Below, in pieces: positions 33,235 through 42,420 of a stretch of DNA of 64,000 bases. The notes beneath the pieces were generated by a model. The model ran no database searches. It was not told where the DNA came from and saw only the letters and a list, made by a program, of their open reading frames with translations. The stretch comes from an uncultured delta proteobacterium (GTDB taxonomy: Bacteria > Desulfobacterota > Binatia > UBA9968). The DNA is taken from the NCBI GenBank assembly GCA_963847445.1, contig CAWJZV010000048.1:241673-305672 (forward strand), given 5' to 3'. The translations under genes were made by a program, and so were the position numbers. Every line of letters starts with the position of its first letter. The first letter of the stretch is position 1.

Positions 33235-33420
33235 GGCTTCAGCACTCCTGATTGAATTTGTAGAATGGTTGTAATGCAACCCGGCGGTCAATTGCAATCA
33301 ACCCTAGGTTGGCCAGGTCAAATGTTGGCGCCGCCGGCAAAATGTTTCCGCAAACCCGCAACCCGAGAAACGAAACCATGTCCTGAGCAATGTCGAAGGG
33401 CCGCAACCGCGTTGGGCGTC

Positions 33421-34449
33421 CTATCTCCCGCCGAAGACCTCATGAAAGGTTTTGGCGTAGCCCTCGAAGTTTTCCAGCACTTCAGCAGGCGCGAAGGCGG
33501 GTTTGATGCCTTCGATGAAGCGCGCTTGCTCGGGCGGCGTGTCCGTGCGGTCGGGGATGCGGCTCATGCCCCGCACCAGCTCCTGGCCGCGCTTCGACAG
33601 CACGAAGTCGATAAACAGTTTGGCGGCGTTGGGATGAGGCGCTTTGGCGGAGATGCCGACGGGGTGAATGTTGGCGAACACAGGATTTAAATAAACCCAA
33701 TCCACCGGCGCGCCGGCCGGTTTCATCGTTTCGAAGGTTTGCGAGTAGGCGCTTAACGCGCCTTTAAATTCACCGGCGGCAACCAGCTGAGCAAGGATCG
33801 TCCGGCCATTGCGCAGCCCGACCTGTTTGGCGAGCTCACGCATGAAAGCCAGCCCCTTCTCTTCGCCCATCGCTTTGATCATGGTGCCGAACCACTCGTA
33901 CGCCCGCGTATCGATGCCGATATTGCCTTTCCACTCCGGCTTCAGCAGATCGTTGTGCGTCTTGGGAATGCTCGCCCGCGGCACGTTGCGCGTGTTGAAG
34001 CCGAAGGCGGAATAGTTGGTGTAGATCGAAGTCCAAGTGGCCTGCGGATCTTTGTAGCCGTCACGATAGAACTTGCGTTCGGGCGAATCGTAAGTCGCCA
34101 GCATGCCGCGCTTTTTGAGATTGTAACCGTAGAAGCTCGTGCTCATCACCACGTCAAACAAACCGCGCCCGGCGCGTCCCTCGGTGAGAATGCGCTCCAT
34201 CAACTGCGCGTCGGTGGCGCGGTAAAAGGTCGCTTCGATCTTCGGATAAAGCTTTTGAAAGCCGTCGGTCAAAGTTTTCGTATCGGTGGCGTTGAAGGCC
34301 GCGTAAAACATCATCTTGCCTTCCGCCTCGGCGAGAGTTCTTACATCCTGCGCCCAAGCCGCACCGGCGCTGATGAATACCGATGCCGCCACCGCCACGC
34401 GCGCAGCAAACCTTGAACTTTGAACCTTGTATCTTGAACTAAACATCAT
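33421..34449 (-). CDS. Extracellular solute-binding protein (Fe3+/thiamine/AfuA-like)
   Basis: Signal peptide; AEAEGK, DLLKPEWKG, APHPNAAKLFIDFVLS. Confidence 0.85.
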   Translation of the reverse strand: MMFSSRYKVQSSRFAARVAVAASVFISAGAAWAQDVRTLAEAEGKMMFYAAFNATDTKTLTDGFQKLYPKIEATFYRATDAQLMERILTEGRAGRGLFDVVMSTSFYGYNLKKRGMLATYDSPERKFYRDGYKDPQATWTSIYTNYSAFGFNTRNVPRASIPKTHNDLLKPEWKGNIGIDTRAYEWFGTMIKAMGEEKGLAFMRELAKQVGLRNGRTILAQLVAAGEFKGALSAYSQTFETMKPAGAPVDWVYLNPVFANIHPVGISAKAPHPNAAKLFIDFVLSKRGQELVRGMSRIPDRTDTPPEQARFIEGIKPAFAPAEVLENFEGYAKTFHEVFGGR

Positions 34450-35168
34450 GGCATCTCCGCCAACAGCCGCCCGTAACCCTGCAACGGCTCGTTCAGGTTC
34501 AGAATCTTCTTGGTCGCCCACACCTGCGCCGGAATGCTCGACAGCACGGTGGTCTTCAAATCTTTCTCCAGCATCTCGATCACCGGCAGATTGTGCCAGC
34601 CGGCGCCGAGCATGTAGATGCCGTCGGCCCTGCCGCTGTCGAGAAAAACTTTCTTGGCGAAGTTGTAGATCGCTTCCGGCGATAGTTTACCGGCATCCTT
34701 GAACGGCACCTCGATGCCCTCCATCGCCTTGACGACAAAACCGTCGTCTTCGAGAAACTTGGCAAAGCGCTGGTTCATTTCGCCGGTGAAATAGGTCACG
34801 CCGACCAGCTTCTTCATGCCGAGCGCGCGAAATGCGTCGACCTGCGCGATGGTCGCGACGGTGACGGGAATTTTGTATTTCGCGGTCAACGAATCGGCAA
34901 TCTGCCGGTCGGCGCCATGGCCACGCACCATGGTCGGCGGCGCGCCCATGATCATCACGACGTCGGCACCCAGCTCAGCCAAGCGCGCAACTTTTTTCTC
35001 GGCGACAGTCAACGCCTCCTGGAGCTCCTTCTCGTTGCCGGCGCGAACGCCGGCATGAGCAGGTATGAAGCCGACCCCTTCCGGCATAAGCTTGATGAAG
35101 CTCTCCATCGATCCCGGACGATAAGTGGGTTTGACCAATCCGACAATTCCTCGTGATCCGTAGTACAT
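34446..35168 (-). CDS. Maleate isomerase/arylmalonate decarboxylase (Asp/Glu racemase) superfamily protein, cysteine-less
   Basis: AFRALGMKKL..TYF, ADGIYM, EKDLKTTVLSS..VW, GYGRLL; no Cys in the translation. Confidence 0.78.
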   Translation of the reverse strand: MYYGSRGIVGLVKPTYRPGSMESFIKLMPEGVGFIPAHAGVRAGNEKELQEALTVAEKKVARLAELGADVVMIMGAPPTMVRGHGADRQIADSLTAKYKIPVTVATIAQVDAFRALGMKKLVGVTYFTGEMNQRFAKFLEDDGFVVKAMEGIEVPFKDAGKLSPEAIYNFAKKVFLDSGRADGIYMLGAGWHNLPVIEMLEKDLKTTVLSSIPAQVWATKKILNLNEPLQGYGRLLAEMP

Positions 35169-35615
35169 ATACTCACCGCTCGCTTTCTTCGCTATTCAAC
35201 CGCTCGAATATCCTACTCATAAGTTCTTATCAAGCGGCAAGCCCGGTGACAATGAATCTCCAGGATTGCGAGTCAGCGGATTGCGGTCGCGATAATCTTA
35301 CTCGACAGCGCCGTCAGCCGGACAAAGTTTTGGTGGAAAGAAAATTTCGCTCCGAGAAATTTGCGTCGCAAATAAACGACGATCGCTTCGCGACAACCCG
35401 GATATTCACCTATGCCGGCCAACGATTCTTCCATAGCTTCACTCGAGCCGACTTGCCATCTCTTCTCGCCTGGAAATTAGACTCTAACCCGGCCCCGAAT
35501 AAAACGGATTATGCGGTTGTCACGGCGGCGCTAATCTTGTTATTGGAATAACTACCGGTGCACGAACCGGGTTAATCAAATCGCTAATCCGAACGGGGAC
35601 TTTGAGGGGGAACCA

Positions 35616-36609
35616 ATGAATATCCAGTTTAGCGTCGGCATGGCGCCCAATCCGCGCACTTGGCCGCTATTTGACGGCAGGGTAAAAGCCGATGGCATCG
35701 ACCTGATCATGTCGCCGGTGCACGCTTCCGAGTTATTTTGGCGCCAGCTCCGCTTTGCCGACTTCGACCTGTCTGATATGTCGTTCTCGTCACTGCTGAT
35801 CGCCATCGCCCACGGCGATAAGCGTTGGGTCGGTTTGCCGATCTTCACCACGCGGCGGTTATTTCATACCGGCATTCTGGTCCGGCGCGATGCCGGGATC
35901 GACACGCCGGCTGATCTCAAAGGCAAACGGGTCGCCGTCCCGGAGTACCAGCAGACCGCGGCGTTATGGACGCGCGGCGCGCTGCAGCACGAGTTCGGCG
36001 TCGCACCGAAAGATATGGAATTTTGGATGGAGCGCAATCCCGAGCACAGCCACGGCGGCGCCACCGAATTCACCGCGCCGCCGGGGGTGACGATTCATCA
36101 GATCCCGCTCGGCAAAGACATCGGCTCGATGATGCTATCCGGCGAGCTCCAAGCCGCGCTGCATTATCTCGTCAACCAGAATCTCGTCGACCGCAGCAGC
36201 GCCGACCTGTGGCACCACCCGGCGATAAAATACCTATTCCCGGACCCGAAAGCTGAAGGCGTAAGGTATTACAACAAGACCGGAATCTATCCGATCAACC
36301 ACTGCGTCGTGCTTAAACGCGAGATCGCCGAGCAGCATCCCTGGGCGATTCTCAATCATTTATAAGGCCTTCGAGCGCGCCAATGCCATCGCCGACGAAC
36401 AACGTATGGAACATGTCAATTACTACCTCGAGACCGGCCGGCTGCCGGCGGACGCAAAAACTGCCCTGGCGACGACCTTGGTCCAATACGGCATCAAGGC
36501 CAACCGGCGGGTGTTGGAAACCGCGGCGCAGTATTCAGTCGAGCAAGGATTGACGCCGCGCCTGCTCAAGCTCGATGAAGTATTTGCCCCGAGCACCATG
36601 GAGCAGTAG
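35616..36609 (+). CDS. 4,5-dihydroxyphthalate decarboxylase-like protein (frameshift ~36360)
   Basis: RTWPLFDGRVKADGIDL, ELFWRQL, PEYQQTAALW, TGIYPINH, YGIKANR..EQGL. Confidence 0.8.
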
Positions 36610-36769
36610 CCGCGCCGGTGATTTGCCGCCGGGTCACGGCCCGCGCCATCGGCCCAACGCTTTCCTGGATATCACCCGGGTCAAGCAGGAAGTCGGCTAC
36701 CGGCCCGAGTACACGATCGAACGCGCGCTGGAAGAATACCTCGACTGGCTCAGGATCCATCCAGAGTAA
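36610..36769 (+). pseudogene. C-terminal fragment of an NAD-dependent epimerase/dehydratase
   Basis: LPPGHGP..FLDITRVKQEVGYRPEYTIERALEEYLDWLR*; no Rossmann N-terminus upstream. Confidence 0.6.
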
Positions 36770-36880
36770 TTATCCAGCCGCTTAGTTTGCATGGTGTGAA
36801 AGCTTATCGCGACGGAGGTCGAGACGAGTTGGCCAATGCATTCTCCATAAATTACCGGCGGGGCGGCTGGGCAAACTTGA

Positions 36881-38267
36881 TTAAGCCTTAATTTTGTATT
36901 CTTCGAGCTTACGATAGAGCGTTGTGCGGTCGACACCAAGCATCTTAGCGGCTTCGGTCTTGTTGCCTTGGGTCGACTCTAACACTTTGCCGATATATTC
37001 CCGTTCGAGATCGGCGAGCGTAAAGTGTTTGGCGATGCCCTGAACCATTAAGATTTCTAGTTCAGCTTTTTTAGCCATGCCGGGCGGCAAATCGTCCATC
37101 CCGATTACAGCGCCTTTTCCCAGAAGTACGGCCCTTTCGATGGTGTGTTCGAGTTCACGGATGTTACCCGGCCATTCGTATGCCTTTAACGCCGCCATGG
37201 CAGCGGCGCTAACTCCGTCGACTTGATGTGTGGCGCCGGCGGCGAACTTTTGCACAAAATGATTCACCAATAACGGAATATCGTGGCTGCGCTGGCGCAG
37301 GGCCGGCAATTCGATGCGAATGACGTTGAGCCGATAGTAAAGATCCTGCCTGAACTTGCCGCTTTGCACCTGGTCGACAAGGTTGCGATTGGACGCCGAT
37401 ACGACGCGGGCGTCGATCTTTTCGCTCTGATTAGCGCCCAGCGGACGAACTTCCTTGTCTTCCAATAAGCGCAGCAATTTTGCCTGTAGAGCGAGGGGGA
37501 TTTCGCTTATTTCATCCAAAAATAGCACTCCGCCGCTGGCCTCCTGAAACAAACCGTGACGATCTTTTCGGGCGTCGGTGAAAGCGCCGCGGACATAGCC
37601 GAACAATTCGCTTTCAAGCAAATTTTCCGGAATCGCCGCGCAGTTCACCGCGACAAACGGCCCCGTCGCCCGCGAGCTATTCTGATGGATCGCACGGGCA
37701 ATCAATTCTTTACCGGTGCCGCTTTCCCCTTCAATCAATACATTAGCGGCCAGGTCAGCCACTTGCGCGGTGATTTCCAAGACCCGCTGGATCGCCTCGC
37801 TTTGGCCGATGATATTGCGAAAGCGATCGCGCGCCTGAACCTCAGTGCGCAGCCTTTTGAGTTCGGCGCGGAGTGCTGTCTGTTCCAACGCGCGCTTAAC
37901 CTGAATCAGAATCTCGTCGTTGTGGAAGGGTTTAGTCACGTAATGAAATGCGCCCGCGCGCATCGCTTCGACGGCGCTTTCGATGGTGCCAAATGCCGTA
38001 ACCAGCAGCACTAAGCGCGCCGTTGTCGATCTCGCGCAAACGCCGCACCAGCTCCGTGCCCTTCATTCTCGGCATCATCAGGTCGGTAATCGTCAAGGCA
38101 AAAGAACTCGATTGGAATTTCTCGATGGCCGCGTCGCCATCGTTAGCCACCTCGACCGAATAGCCGTCATCGCACAACAAATCCGTCAGCAGTTGACACA
38201 TCGCGGCATCGTCATCGACCACAAGAATACGCGCCAATGGATTCTTCAGTGCTTGATTAGCCTTCAT
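36881..38267 (-). CDS. Sigma54-dependent NtrC-family response regulator (frameshift ~38010)
   Basis: [47 protein letters not shown], Fis HTH. Confidence 0.92.
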
Positions 38268-39805
38268 GCGACCATTTCCCGCTGTACGCCCACCGGGGCT
38301 ATTGTTTCGATCGGCAGGACAATTTCAAACCGGGTATAGGCGCCAGGCTGACTGTCGACGCGGATCTCGCCTTGATGATCCTTGATTATGCCGTAGGCGA
38401 CCGACAACCCAAGTCCTGTGCCTTCGCCCACGTCTTTGGTTGTGAAAAACGGGTCGAATACCTGCCCGAGATGTTCGGCGGGGATGCCGGCGCCGTTGTC
38501 TTCAAAGTTAATCCGCAGCTTGTCATCGTCAACCATCCCATCGTCATTGACACTCTGATGGCGCACCACCTCTGCGGTGATTTCGATAGTTCCGCCGGGT
38601 GGCAAAGCGTGCAGCGAGTTGAGAAACAGATTGATAAACACCTGCTGCAGCTGATGCGGATCGCCTTTAATACTGGGCAGCGTCGGGGCTATTTTGATGT
38701 CGACGGCAATATTCTTTTCGACAATTTTATGTTCAAGAAGCCCGGTCACGGTCGCGAGCAGTTGTGCTAGATCGACGCTGCGAAAAGCCGGTTCGCGGCG
38801 CCGGGAAAACTCCAGAAGCTGCCGAACGATCCCGGCGATGCGATCGATTTGCGATCGAATGATTTCCAAGTTCTTACCGGTATCCTCGGCGCTTCGCGGT
38901 CGTCGCAACAAGAACTCGGCGCGGCCGCCGATAATACCTAAGGGCGTGCCGATTTCATGAGCTAGGCCGGCGGCGAACTGACCGACGGACGCGAGCTTTT
39001 CCGATTGCCGCAGGTTTCGCTCCAGAGTCAACCGTTCCTGCTGCTCTTCGATCAGTCGGCCGTACAAGTCCTGAAGGCGTTCGCACATCCGGTTGAATTC
39101 ACCCGCCAACGAACTGATTTCGCTTTTCTCCTGGATTTGAATTCGTTCTTGCCAACGTCCATCGCCGATGGCTCGAATGCGCTCGATTAGCCCGTCTATT
39201 GGCCGCGCGACGTTGCGTCGCACGAAAAATAAAATGAGCAGCGAAAGCAGCGCGATCATAATCGAACTCGTGACGATGATGCGATTGCGTCGGGTCTCGA
39301 GAGTTCGGCTGGACTCTAAGCCGCGCCGCGCGAGCACGAACGCGCCGACGAGCTGGTTGTCATGATTTCTAATCGGACCGATCCGGTAATAAACCGGATA
39401 GGCCGAATTTTCGACAACCCCCTCCAATTCTTCACCGGTACGGAGCACCTCGCGCGGAGAAATACCCAGCACTGGAGCCGGATCGAGGTTGGGGTATTCC
39501 TGAGTGCGGGTTAGAGACACCGACTGCGCCACTGGGTTGGCCGATCGGTCATAGATGACGATGCCATGAATATTACCCGGCCTGCCGACACCATCGATAA
39601 AATCCTTCGTCGCTTGAACATCACGTGCATCGCCATAGATGAAACGCAATGCGGCTTGAACCGAGCGGGATAGTCCCACCATCCCAACGCGCATTTCCCG
39701 CAAGATATTTTCTCGATCCTGACGAAGGCTCAAGTATCCATGGACCAGCATGATGATTACAATGGTCGAGATCAAAGAGACAACGAGTTTTGTTCCGAGC
39801 CGCAT
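38264..39805 (-). CDS. HAMP-containing sensor histidine kinase
   Basis: Two TMs with a periplasmic domain; AHEIGTPL; FINLFLNS; DNGAGI; FDPFFTTK; GTGLGL. Confidence 0.93.
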   Translation of the reverse strand: MRLGTKLVVSLISTIVIIMLVHGYLSLRQDRENILREMRVGMVGLSRSVQAALRFIYGDARDVQATKDFIDGVGRPGNIHGIVIYDRSANPVAQSVSLTRTQEYPNLDPAPVLGISPREVLRTGEELEGVVENSAYPVYYRIGPIRNHDNQLVGAFVLARRGLESSRTLETRRNRIIVTSSIMIALLSLLILFFVRRNVARPIDGLIERIRAIGDGRWQERIQIQEKSEISSLAGEFNRMCERLQDLYGRLIEEQQERLTLERNLRQSEKLASVGQFAAGLAHEIGTPLGIIGGRAEFLLRRPRSAEDTGKNLEIIRSQIDRIAGIVRQLLEFSRRREPAFRSVDLAQLLATVTGLLEHKIVEKNIAVDIKIAPTLPSIKGDPHQLQQVFINLFLNSLHALPPGGTIEITAEVVRHQSVNDDGMVDDDKLRINFEDNGAGIPAEHLGQVFDPFFTTKDVGEGTGLGLSVAYGIIKDHQGEIRVDSQPGAYTRFEIVLPIETIAPVGVQREMVA

Positions 39806-39910
39806 TGGAATAGTCGATCCAGTCGATTCAATTCAGCTAGCCTTAGCCAATAGAACGGCCAGCGTAAATTCACGTTACCGAGACAGCCAAGATTTCGCCG
39901 TCGCAGCGGA

Positions 39911-40026
39911 TGTCGTAAAATGCCTCGGTCTGTGGAATTTTACAACAAACCTCCAGTTGCATGTCGATACTGCTAATTTTTGAACGCTAGCGCTTAACCG
40001 CCTTCACAATGTTTCAATTTGCCACA
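39911..40026. promoter_or_regulatory. Candidate enhancer-binding-protein UAS sites
   Basis: TGTCGTAAAATGCCTCG (39911), TGT-N11-ACA at 39931-39947 and 40010-40026, upstream of a sigma54 promoter. Confidence 0.5.
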
Positions 40027-40087
40027 CTTTTCACAGCACCATCGTTCGGAGTTGCCCGTTTTATCTGAGATTAAATCGCGCGATTCA

Positions 40088-40103
40088 TGGCATCGCAATT
40101 GCT
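40088..40103 (+). promoter_or_regulatory. Sigma54 (-24/-12) promoter
   Basis: TGGCAT-CGCAA-TTGCT, GG-N10-GC. Confidence 0.75.
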
Positions 40104-40164
40104 GAACCAGCGCCTGCGGCATGTGCAAAAACATGTCGACAAATTTAACGGAGGAAAACTGACG

Positions 40165-40284
40165 ATGTTGAAAAAACTCTGGGGGGCGATGCTAATAGTC
40201 GCGCTATTCGCGCTTGCTGGTTGCCCTGAGGTTTCACAACAGGGCAGCGGCGGTTCGTCCGAAAAAATGAGCGGCGGAGATTAA
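40165..40284 (+). CDS. 39-aa micro-lipoprotein
   Basis: GGAGG RBS; MLKKLWGAMLIVALFALAGC-PEVSQQGSGGSSEKMSGGD*; lipobox LAGC. Confidence 0.7.
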   Translation: MLKKLWGAMLIVALFALAGCPEVSQQGSGGSSEKMSGGD

Positions 40285-40527
40285 CGCGCCGACTTCCAAC
40301 CAAGCCACTTCGACGCGCGGCAGCCAACTGAAGCATAGAAGTTGCCGCGCGTCGACGCATCTTACTGCGGCTTACTGTGCTGTCGTGGCACAATAATAGC
40401 CAACTTGAGCGATCAGAACCGCACCACGGTCCTCAATAACCATAGATTTGCCGCGCGGTTCTGCCATTCAGCAAATGCCGCCATCGCGGCCCAAGACCAG
40501 TTAGGTCCACTTAACCATTCGTACTGG

Positions 40528-41975
40528 CTATGGCAACTTCAGTCCAAGCTCATTGGCCACCGCTTGCTCGACGACCGTGCCCTTGAAGAAGTCCGGGTTG
40601 TTGCGCGTGTGCAGCTGCGCCGCGTTGGTGAAGGTGAACTCGCGGAAATCCTGCTCGGTGACGAATCCCTTCTCCACCAATTCAGAAGCTTCTGGAATCA
40701 CCTCCGCGAAATCGGGCACGTCGAAATGCGTGAAGTCGGAGCTGAAGACCGGGCGTAGCCGCACGCCCATGCGCGGATCGAAGGCCCACATGGTCGCCCG
40801 GTCGTCGGCCTCGCAGCCGAAGTAGAAGTTACCGGAGAACACCGCTCGGATATCGTCCTTTGAGTTAACTCCTGACGCTGCAAAATCGTCCGCGACATGC
40901 TCGGGGCGGCAGAGTTCTTCAATACTGCACTCCGGGCGAAATGCGATCGAGACTGTTCATGATCGCGTCGGCGCTGGCTTGCAGTTTTTGATCGCCATAA
41001 CGGTCGATAAGTCGATGCAACTCGGCGACGATTGGTTGTGCTGGGGTATTGCAAACCAGCGCGTTGCCGCTTCTCCCAGTGTTCGATTAAGTCGAGACAC
41101 ATCTGACAGGCCCAGCTCACGCCGCCTTCCATGAAGCCAAAATTGAGGCTTGGATAGCGACGCACCAGACCGCCCAGGAAAACGCCGCGCGCAAAGGCAT
41201 GGTTCGATTCCGCGAAGTGGCCGACGTGGTTGTAGGTGAAGTTGCTGATCGATGCGCGATCTTGCCAGCGACCGCTACCCGAGTGTTGGGTCACCGCCAC
41301 GCCAAGTTCGACACAGCGCCGCCACAACGGCTCGTAGTCATAAGGGCTGTCGAGAGCGATGGTATCGACAGTACCAAGCGGCCTTCCGCGCATCGCCTCC
41401 GTCCGCCGCAGCTGGGATCGCCCGCTCCTGGTTGCCGCGCAGCATGATCGCTTTGAAACCGCGCTGCTTAACCGCGTATTCCAGTTCCTCAAGCGCTTCG
41501 TCCGGCGTCACTGACGGAATGATAGCTACCGGCGCGAACCTGGCGGCATAGGGCGCAAACATGTCCGCCGTCATCATGTTGTAGGCACGCACCGCGGCCC
41601 GGTGCAGATCGACCTCAGACATGCCGTTGATGCTGAGCCCAAAGCTCGGATAGATCAGCGCGAAGTCGATACCCAATTCGGGCAGGCGCTCGTTCAGCAA
41701 GGCCGGCAGCAATGCCGTTGCCTTGTCGAGAGTATTGGTGGTCGCCCCCCACCAGATGGCGCGGCGCGTGCGATTATGCTGCCGCTCCTTCCAGTGTGGA
41801 CGCGGTACCACGCGTCCCTTGCGCGCCACACCGCTCTCATCTGGTCGACAGATTTCGCGCCGCCCACTTCGCTGAGGTATTCTAGAAAGACCGGAATCGG
41901 CTCCATCCAATGGCCGTCGCCGTCGATCACCGGATGCTTCAGCCCGTCGTGTATCTCTGCGGCTCGATTCTCCAT
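40528..41975 (-). CDS. Amidohydrolase_2-family metal-dependent hydrolase (about three frameshifts)
   Basis: VIDGDGHWME, LIYPS, YNHVGHFA, FGFMEGGVSW, FGCEADD, FSSDFTHFD across four ORFs. Confidence 0.85.
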
Positions 41976-42142
41976 AGTCACCACTCCTCTTGTGAATTTA
42001 CTTCTTCTATAATCGCTAAGCCGGCGAGTCGTCAATCGCATTCGAGCGCATGAGTGCTCGGGGAAAATTGACCAGGGGTTACCTGTTAGCCGGCAGTTCA
42101 CTTCGACCACGATTCTTCAAGAACTGACGCGACTCACCGGAG

Positions 42143-42396
42143 CGGCAACGTCTCAAGGCCTACGAGAAGTTTGCCAACATGATCGAGAGTCGCTGGGAAA
42201 GTATCGCAGGTTACTGCAAGCTTGAAAACAAGGTTGCGCTCGGCATTGTGAAAGGATTGAGCAACAAGATCCGTGTGATCTAGAGACGAAGCCACGGCCT
42301 ACGCGACGAGGAATTCTTGCATCTGAAGATTCTTACTTGCATGCTGGACCGATCTAAGATCATTTCAAAATCACCCAATCGATATGGAGATGATCC
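42143..42396 (+). pseudogene. ISL3-family transposase 3' remnant with probable right end
   Basis: QRLKAYEKFANMIESRWESIAGYCKLENKVALGIVKGLSNKIRVI*RRSHGLRDEEFLHLKILTCML; in-frame TAG; ends CACCCAATCGATATGGAGATGATCC. Confidence 0.75.
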
Positions 42397-42420
42397 TCTA
42401 TCTAACCTTCACGCCAACAG

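Noticed and set aside
35153-35551. 132-aa ORF in the divergent intergenic region
   Set aside because: No RBS or recognisable motif; probably promoter DNA
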